Assembly (NCBI GenBank): GCA_963782835.1
Contig: CAWALR010000027.1
Location: forward strand, 75,570 to 139,569
Source: an uncultured Acidobacteriaceae bacterium
Lineage (GTDB): Bacteria > Acidobacteriota > Terriglobia > Terriglobales > Acidobacteriaceae
Reading direction: 5' to 3'
Length of the DNA stretch: 64,000 nucleotides
The position numbers and the translations under genes were made by a program. Below, piece by piece: positions 57,880-64,000 of the stretch; positions within the stretch are counted from its first letter, which is position 1, and the number at the start of each line of letters is the position of its first letter. The notes below the pieces were generated by a model that saw only the letters and a program-made list of their open reading frames with translations, ran no database searches and had not been told where the DNA came from.

Positions 57880-57903
57880 GAAAAATTCAACATAGAGACA
57901 AAC

Positions 57904-59199
57904 ATGGCATTGCAGGAACACAACTACTGGCTTACGACAGCCGAATTTCCAAAAACGGAAGTTACCCGTCTGCCCGAGCGCGTGGACGTCGCCATTATCG
58001 GTGCAGGTTTCACAGGACTTTCCGCCGCCCGCACGCTGGCCAAGCGAGGCGCAAGAGTAGCCGTACTGGAAAGCGAAACCATCGGATGGGGAGCCAGTTC
58101 GCGCAATGGCGGCATGGTTTTGACCGGGATGAAGCTTGGGGTGAACAAGCTCATCTCCACGTATGGACGCGAGTTGACGCAACGTATGTACGCCGCATCG
58201 CTGGCAACCATCGATTGTGTGGAGCAGATCGTCCGCGAAGAAGCCATTGAGTGCGAGTTCTCGCGCTGTGGCCATCTGGAAGTCGCCTGCAAACAGAAGC
58301 ACTTTGACGACTACGCGCGGCAGGCGGAAGTCATCGCACGCGAGTTCAACCACCGGCTGCGGGTTGTGCAGAAAAATGAACTGAGTGCTGAGATTGGCTC
58401 GACGATTTACTACGGCGGCATGGTCGACGAGATCAGCGCCGGCGTGAACCCGGCGCAGTATGTGGCGGGATTGGGCCGGGCCGCAATGAGAGCAGGGGCA
58501 GAAATTTTTGAGCACACACGTGTGGAAGGCCTGCAGCGCGCATCCCGCCACGGCGAATCGGGATGGAAAGCCGTCACGTCACGCGGTCCGCTGTGGGCGC
58601 GCGAAATCTTCGTCGGCACCAGCGGTTACACGGGTCGAGCCACTCCTGCTCTGCAAAAGAAACTTATCCCCATCGGCTCATTCATTATTACAACCGAGGT
58701 TCTGCCGGAAGCGCTGGCGCGCGAACTCAGCCCGCGCAGTCGCATGATCTACGACTCGAAGAATTATCTTTACTACTACCGTCTTACTCCCGATCGCCGC
58801 ATGTTATTCGGCGGTCGCGCGGCATTCTTCCCCGAAAACGACCAGACCATTCGCAGCAGCGCCGAGATTCTGCGCCGCGGCATGATCGACGTCTACCCTC
58901 AGTTGCGCGATGTCAAAGTCGAATACGTTTGGGGCGGTACGCTCGATTTTGCTTTCGACATCATGCCGCATGCTGGTCAGATCGATGGCATCTATTACGC
59001 GGTCGGATATGCCGGACATGGCGTCGCCATGGCTACGTATCAAGGCCAGAAGATCGCGGAACTAATTTCGGGCGACAAACCCCAGAATCCATTTGTCGGC
59101 ATTCCGTTCCCGGGCGCCCCTCTCGGCCTCTACAACGGCAAGCCCTGGTTTCTGCCCTTCGCGGGAATGTGGTACAAGTTCCTGGATTGGGTGAGCTAA
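57904..59199 (+). CDS. FAD-dependent oxidoreductase (DAO family, PuuB-like)
   Basis: Contains DVAIIGAGFTGLSAARTLAKRG and GYAGHGVAMAT. Confidence 0.75.
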   Translation: MALQEHNYWLTTAEFPKTEVTRLPERVDVAIIGAGFTGLSAARTLAKRGARVAVLESETIGWGASSRNGGMVLTGMKLGVNKLISTYGRELTQRMYAASLATIDCVEQIVREEAIECEFSRCGHLEVACKQKHFDDYARQAEVIAREFNHRLRVVQKNELSAEIGSTIYYGGMVDEISAGVNPAQYVAGLGRAAMRAGAEIFEHTRVEGLQRASRHGESGWKAVTSRGPLWAREIFVGTSGYTGRATPALQKKLIPIGSFIITTEVLPEALARELSPRSRMIYDSKNYLYYYRLTPDRRMLFGGRAAFFPENDQTIRSSAEILRRGMIDVYPQLRDVKVEYVWGGTLDFAFDIMPHAGQIDGIYYAVGYAGHGVAMATYQGQKIAELISGDKPQNPFVGIPFPGAPLGLYNGKPWFLPFAGMWYKFLDWVS

Positions 59200-59232
59200 A
59201 ATCCATACATCCGCGCATTCGCAAACTACTCA

Positions 59233-59979
59233 ATGATCTCCCGCTCCGATGACTACGTAGAATACTGCCGCGAGACCGCGAAGCACGCTAGCGACGCGCA
59301 TGACTTAGCTCTTCGTGGCAGGGACAAGAAGGAAATTACGCGGCTCATCTATGAACGGATCGCCGAGACCGTTGATCTCCAATCCGGCGATGACCTCGTA
59401 GATATCGGCTGCGGCGACGGCACGCTGCTTCGAATTGCCGAACGTATTGGCACCAGGACCGCCGTTGGCTTGCTCGCGACCGAGGAAGAAGTATCTGTGC
59501 TGCGCCGCTTTGGTCTGGAGGCCAAACAAGGGTTCACTCATCAACTTCCTATTCCCGATGAATGCGCCTCTGTGATCGTCTGCAACAACGTGCTGTTGAT
59601 AGTGCCCAGGGAAAAGATTCCCGCGAGTTTGCGCGAGATTCAACGGATTGCCAAGCCGGGTGCGCGTATATTCCTGGGAGAAATCCCTGCCGCGCAACAG
59701 CCCGATCCGACTCCGCACTTCGAGACTCGAAGGGAAACCCTGAGTTATCTATACCGTGAACATGGCCTGAGGCCGTGGTTCGGAATGCTGCGCAGAATGA
59801 CTTGGTGGGCGCTTCGTGGACAGCCGGCCATCCTGCGCCCCGGAACTGCGATATCTTTTTTTGCCGCGCCATCGGAGTTCATCGCCATGGCGCAGGACGC
59901 AGGTCTTGAGTTCGTGCGCTACTGGCAACACGATCATCCCAATACCCGCAACAACTACCTGTTTCGAAAAGCGGGCTAG
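59233..59979 (+). CDS. Class I SAM-dependent methyltransferase
   Basis: Motif I LVDIGCGDGTLL is present, followed by a downstream acidic loop and the VIVCNNVL motif. Confidence 0.65.
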   Translation: MISRSDDYVEYCRETAKHASDAHDLALRGRDKKEITRLIYERIAETVDLQSGDDLVDIGCGDGTLLRIAERIGTRTAVGLLATEEEVSVLRRFGLEAKQGFTHQLPIPDECASVIVCNNVLLIVPREKIPASLREIQRIAKPGARIFLGEIPAAQQPDPTPHFETRRETLSYLYREHGLRPWFGMLRRMTWWALRGQPAILRPGTAISFFAAPSEFIAMAQDAGLEFVRYWQHDHPNTRNNYLFRKAG

Positions 59980-60009
59980 AGAGGGTGTGATCCGCCAGCC
60001 GTGGCGAGA

Positions 60010-60414
60010 TCACTGGAACGGGTTTCGAATTGTCAGGCTCCCATCGATCACCTGCCCGTCTTGCAGGTCTTCCGAATAAAGAGTAGAGCAGTTTGCTTCA
60101 AGGGCTGAAGAGGCGATCAGGGCGTCATAGATACCGAATCCGTACTGCCGCGCAATCTGCACCGCCGTCTCATGTGTACCAACCGTGATTGCCGCCGGCG
60201 ATGGGAATAAGATTCGAACCGCATCGAGAGCTTCGATCACGTCCTCCCAAGACATATGCATTTTGCGCCGTGCGACCGCGACGAATTCATTCAAAACTTG
60301 AACGCTGATTGCTCCACCTTGCTCTAGTAACTGCTGAGCCCGCTCCCTGCGGGAATCCCCACTCACCATCGCGTAGATCAGCACGTTCGAGTCAAAGAAT
60401 CCCTTATCGCTCAT
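60010..60414 (-). CDS. vapC: PIN-domain ribonuclease toxin VapC
   Basis: Carries PIN acidic residues (FFDSNVLIYA ... YDALIASSA ... LYSEDLQ). It overlaps the upstream antitoxin gene by 11 nt. Confidence 0.8.
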   Translation of the reverse strand: MSDKGFFDSNVLIYAMVSGDSRRERAQQLLEQGGAISVQVLNEFVAVARRKMHMSWEDVIEALDAVRILFPSPAAITVGTHETAVQIARQYGFGIYDALIASSALEANCSTLYSEDLQDGQVIDGSLTIRNPFQ

Positions 60415-60634
60415 GAAGCTCTTCGCGGTCGAAAACGAATCCGGGTGGCAAAGGACGGCTCAGCTTCCGCAGGCGTTCGAGCGCTTGTTGGCGGCTCCGA
60501 TCGCGGCTGACCTCGAACTTGCGGCTGCCAGCGACCTGAATCTCGATGTCATCACCTTCTTTGAGTTCAAGTGCTTCTACGACTGCGGCAGGTAAACGTA
60601 CGGCTAGGCTGTTTCCCCACTTTGAAACCCGCAT
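60404..60634 (-). CDS. vapB: AbrB/SpoVT-type antitoxin VapB
   Basis: MRVSKWGNSLAVRLPAAVVEALELKEGDDIEI is a typical SpoVT/AbrB swapped-hairpin motif. Confidence 0.8.
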   Translation of the reverse strand: MRVSKWGNSLAVRLPAAVVEALELKEGDDIEIQVAGSRKFEVSRDRSRQQALERLRKLSRPLPPGFVFDREELHER

Positions 60635-60668
60635 AGGCCCTCCTTGGATATACATTGTGATTGTATAT

Positions 60669-61976
60669 CTATGATCTCTTCAAGGCAATAGCCCCGTAAA
60701 CCATAGGTCCCAACCCCATCGCGATCGCGCCGCCGATCAGAGCGAAGCGGTCGCTTCCCAACAGGGCCACCAATGCCATGACTACCGGCGCAGCCACCAC
60801 ATAGAACAGTCCGAACCGTCCGCCTGGAATGGCAAATGCGCGGGGCATTTCCGGCCGCGTGCGGCGAAGCTTCCACGCCGATAGCACCGTGAGCACAGTG
60901 GTCGCGGAACGCAGCCAGATATATACCGAGATGAGCTGACCAAGGCTCTGCCACGCGAGCGCCGCATAAATGACCGCCGATACGATAATGGCTGGCCAGG
61001 GCGTGCCATACCTCGAATGCCTGCGCGTGAGCACGGCCGGGAGATATCCATCTTCCGCCATGGCAAACGGCATGCGCGTTGTCGTAAGAACCGTGCTGTT
61101 GAGCAGCGCTACGTTGCCGACCATCGCCGCCAGCGTCATCCATGTGCCCAGCCACGGTCCGCCGATCAGCTTGGCTGCGTCCGAAAAAAAGCCGGTGTGC
61201 CAATTCTGCCATTCTCCAGCGGAAGCCAGCCCGGCGAACGTGGGCAGAAAGTATGCGGCAATCGAGAGCGGTACCACCAGCGCCAGGGCCCGCGGATAGT
61301 TCCGCTGTGGATTCTCCACTTCTTCTGCCACGGTGGATAGTTGTTCGTACCCCGAATACAGCCACAGGCCCAGCGCCAATCCCACGCCGAAGATTTTGAA
61401 GGTTGGCTGATGCGGCGGGACCAAGGGAACAAACGGATTGTGATGCCAGTTGATCAACGCGATCACGATCATGGTCATTACTGGCACAAAAATAAATATC
61501 TCAAGCAAAGTCGCGACTTTGCCGACCATCTGAATCCCGCGCACGTTGATCCAGGTAATTACGGCGATCAGAGCCACAGAGACTAGATAGTGTTTCCATC
61601 CCGTGATGCCGGGAAAGTAGTAGACCAGATAATCGGTGAAAAGAACCGCGTAGGCCCCGCCCAGCAGAAATGACGCCGACCAGTTCCACCATCCCGCGAG
61701 AAATCCCCAAAAATCACCGAAGGCCGCGCGCGTCCAGCGATAGAAGCCACCCTCCACGGGCATGGCGGTGGTGAGCTCCGCTGACACCAGCGAGACTGGG
61801 ATGCACCAGAAGAACGGTAGCACCAGCAGGTAGATCAGGGTCATTCCTGGACCTGAGGTGGTCACCATGTCCTCAAGGCCGAATGGCCCGCCGGTCGTGT
61901 AGGAAAACATCACGAAGACGAGATAGAAGAGCCCGGCTTTGCGGAGAGCAGATGCGGGGTTGTTCGAGGTGGCCAA
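60669..61976 (-). CDS. APC-family amino acid/polyamine permease
   Basis: Has about 12 TM helices and an N-terminal GGPFGLEDMV-type APC signature. Confidence 0.8.
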   Translation of the reverse strand: MATSNNPASALRKAGLFYLVFVMFSYTTGGPFGLEDMVTTSGPGMTLIYLLVLPFFWCIPVSLVSAELTTAMPVEGGFYRWTRAAFGDFWGFLAGWWNWSASFLLGGAYAVLFTDYLVYYFPGITGWKHYLVSVALIAVITWINVRGIQMVGKVATLLEIFIFVPVMTMIVIALINWHHNPFVPLVPPHQPTFKIFGVGLALGLWLYSGYEQLSTVAEEVENPQRNYPRALALVVPLSIAAYFLPTFAGLASAGEWQNWHTGFFSDAAKLIGGPWLGTWMTLAAMVGNVALLNSTVLTTTRMPFAMAEDGYLPAVLTRRHSRYGTPWPAIIVSAVIYAALAWQSLGQLISVYIWLRSATTVLTVLSAWKLRRTRPEMPRAFAIPGGRFGLFYVVAAPVVMALVALLGSDRFALIGGAIAMGLGPMVYGAIALKRS

Positions 61977-61997
61977 GAAGTTCTGATCGCAACGCGA

Positions 61998-62534
61998 CTA
62001 TGCAGCAAGTGCTCCCGTGAGTGCGCCTTCCAGTTCCAGTAGTTTTCGCTTCAGGTCGAGACCTCCGCCGTAGCCGCAGAGGTTGCCATCGGAGGCGATC
62101 ACGCGATGGCACGGGACGACAATCGCGATCGGATTACGATTGTTGGCCATGCCCACAGCACGAAATGCGTTCGGCTTGCCGACGGCGCGGGCGATGTCCG
62201 CGTAGCTGCGCGTCTCTCCATAGGGAATCGCCAGCAGGGCGCGCCAGCAGGCAAGCTGGAAATCCGTGCCACGCAGATCGAGCGGAAAGCTGAATTCACG
62301 TCGCTTGCCCGCAAGATATTCGTCCAACTCGCGGATGTAGGGCCGCAGCGCGCGAGGGGAATCGTGGAACGCAAACGCATTTTTTTCTTCCCGAAGATGG
62401 CGTGGGTTGGGGCGAATCGTTTGCTGTCCCGGCAGCCGGGCATCGAATTCCAAAGCGACGAGTCCCTGGTCGGAAGCCGCCAGAAACAAAGGCCCAATCG
62501 CTGATTCCAAGTTTGTGCAGTGCAGAGTTTCCAT
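61998..62534 (-). CDS. ogt: Methylated-DNA--protein-cysteine methyltransferase
   Basis: Has the active site IVVPCHRVI and the upstream helix-turn-wing YGETRSYADIARAVG. Confidence 0.85.
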   Translation of the reverse strand: METLHCTNLESAIGPLFLAASDQGLVALEFDARLPGQQTIRPNPRHLREEKNAFAFHDSPRALRPYIRELDEYLAGKRREFSFPLDLRGTDFQLACWRALLAIPYGETRSYADIARAVGKPNAFRAVGMANNRNPIAIVVPCHRVIASDGNLCGYGGGLDLKRKLLELEGALTGALAA

Positions 62535-62722
62535 GAGAATTGAAACCTCCGGCAGCAAACAACAATATCAGACCGCTCGCCGTTTGCGACTAGTTCTTCG
62601 GGTCCGTAGCCGATAGCGTCCAGAACCTGATTTCGGCCACAAGATTAGCCGCCGGAGTTGACAGAAATCCAGTTTTCGCCCACAGTGTGTGCGGCGTGCT
62701 TATGCCTCTATCCCTGTCTACC

Positions 62723-63139
62723 ATGAAAAAAGGTCTGCTGGTTGCCGTGGCCGTGATATTGGCTCCGGTGCTTCTGGTGGGAGTTGTTGTTTTCGCCGCG
62801 GGGGACTGGCGGCAGATCGGGGCCACTCCGGGAGGCGATCAAGTTTTGGTCAGCTCGGTAACCGCGCAAAAGAACGGCCTGCGCACTGCCTGGATTCGCG
62901 TGGAATACAAAGAACCCGCCAAACTCCCTCAAGGCGGTCCCTTCGTCGAATTGCGGGCGCGGGTTCACTTCAATTGCGCCAGCGGTAGCGCCGTGCCGAA
63001 CTCTGAATGGTTTTACTCCCGCGACCGCAGTGGCAAACTGATTGTGAGCAAGAAGAGTCGCCGCGATGATCAATTCGGTCAAGTTGCGGAAGGCGACTTC
63101 GGTGAGATCGCGAGAGATTACGTCTGTAAGCAGAAATAA
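62723..63139 (+). CDS. Hypothetical secreted/membrane-anchored protein
   Basis: MKKGLLVAVAVILAPVLLVGVVVFAAG forms a signal/anchor. I recognise no family with confidence. Confidence 0.5.
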   Translation: MKKGLLVAVAVILAPVLLVGVVVFAAGDWRQIGATPGGDQVLVSSVTAQKNGLRTAWIRVEYKEPAKLPQGGPFVELRARVHFNCASGSAVPNSEWFYSRDRSGKLIVSKKSRRDDQFGQVAEGDFGEIARDYVCKQK

Positions 63140-63289
63140 TAGTCTCCCCGCCTCTTCGTTGGAGATTTCCACAGCCTGGCACATCAATCTGGCACCTCAG
63201 TAACTGCGCAACCACTTCCACGCGGAGCCCTTCCGGCATATCCTGATAACGAATACGCAGCTGGCAGCAGCCGCTTTACTCACCTCGGT

Positions 63290-63682
63290 ATGGATTCACT
63301 TCGCCTTTATTCATTGGTGGTTGTGGGCAGCGCCGTTGCTCTCGGTGCCTACGCGTTCTTGCGCCGTAAGCCAAAGAGCGAGGCCGATCTCGAGCGCGAA
63401 CGCCGCGCCTGGCTGGACGGCATTGGCCGCATCACGGATGGCACGGTCATCGATGTGCAGGAGTTGACCCCGAACGAGGGCCATCACAACGCCGTCTTTC
63501 TTATCTACAAGTATGACGTTGCCGGCGTGTCCTACGAATGTTCACAGGACGTCACGTATTTGCGCCAGTGGATCAACTTGCATTCCTGCCGGCTGGGGCT
63601 GCCCACCTCGGTGAAGTACGATCCCCACAATCCCGGCAACTCGCTGGTTGTCTCGGAAAGCTGGATGGGACTGAGGCAGTAA
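63290..63682 (+). CDS. Hypothetical single-TM protein, DUF3592-like
   Basis: An N-terminal TM is followed by GTVIDVQE...FLIYKYDVAGVSYECSQ...VKYDPHNP, resembling the DUF3592 pattern as I recall it. Confidence 0.4.
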   Translation: MDSLRLYSLVVVGSAVALGAYAFLRRKPKSEADLERERRAWLDGIGRITDGTVIDVQELTPNEGHHNAVFLIYKYDVAGVSYECSQDVTYLRQWINLHSCRLGLPTSVKYDPHNPGNSLVVSESWMGLRQ

Positions 63683-63760
63683 GCAGTGTCCAGTGGTAAG
63701 TGTTCAGCGGGAGACAAGCCTCAGGACCTTACTGGCCACTGAGCACTGCCCACTGCATTC

Positions 63761-64000
63761 TCAGATCTGGTAGTCCTGATAGTCGTCCTGGAAAAGATCC
63801 TGGGGGGAGATGTTGGGGGTCGAGGTCTCTTCATCGATGGCGAGGCAAGGCTCGGCACCCAGCATTTCGTGCGTGTGTTGCTGAAACCGCTCCCGCAATT
63901 CGTGTACTTCCGTCGCTAGCTTAATAATCACATCCGACAAGGGATCGCGGATGTCTTTGGGATCGGTAATGACTACACGCTTGCCGTCGCGCAGAACGAT
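63761..64000 (-). CDS. Hypothetical protein, C-terminal fragment (start lies outside the window)
   Basis: The open minus-strand frame runs from the window edge to the TGA at 63761-63763. It translates as IVLRDGKRVVITDPKDIRDPLSDVIIKLATEVHELRERFQQHTHEMLGAEP...QDDYQDYQI. It is absent from the ORF track because no start lies in the window. Confidence 0.4.
   Translation of the reverse strand: MVLRDGKRVVITDPKDIRDPLSDVIIKLATEVHELRERFQQHTHEMLGAEPCLAIDEETSTPNISPQDLFQDDYQDYQI

Overview
This is a 64-kb chromosomal segment with fairly high GC. Its gene content suggests Acidobacteriota: a very large carboxypeptidase-regulatory-domain TonB-dependent receptor, a CRTAC1/ASPIC-UnbV FG-GAP protein, a DUF4136-like lipoprotein and many TPR/secreted peptidases. 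That assignment is an inference, not a measurement. Most of the window is ordinary core genome. It contains a glycan/sugar block (GH51 arabinofuranosidase, GalT, an IMPase-like protein and a GHMP kinase), a GH2 beta-mannosidase operon, a LacI regulator with a TonB-dependent receptor, and a cheW-cheA-cheR-HDOD-cheB chemosensory operon. It also has secreted peptidases, aroC-def-fmt-rsmB, PBP1A with a PASTA protein and Ctp, two FAD oxidoreductases, a vapBC pair, an APC permease and ogt. The one clearly accessory region is about 5973-14553, centred on an intact tRNA-Ser(GCU). An IS-truncated tyrosine integrase lies on the tRNA 3' side. A complete integrase module lies on its 5' side, bounded by a 40-bp direct repeat that equals the 5' half of the tRNA. 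Two sequence-identical inverted copies of an IS3-family element (one lacking its left end) bracket the tRNA and both integrases and interrupt three ORFs. Other oddities are an in-frame chimera of an OmpR-type response regulator with a MotB/OmpA C-terminal domain, a receiver-like domain fused to TonB, a LuxR regulator with a degenerate receiver, and a possible plant-like L-arabinose salvage operon. I saw no CRISPR array, rRNA gene or recognisable dedicated defence system. All homology calls rest on motif recognition by eye, not on searches.
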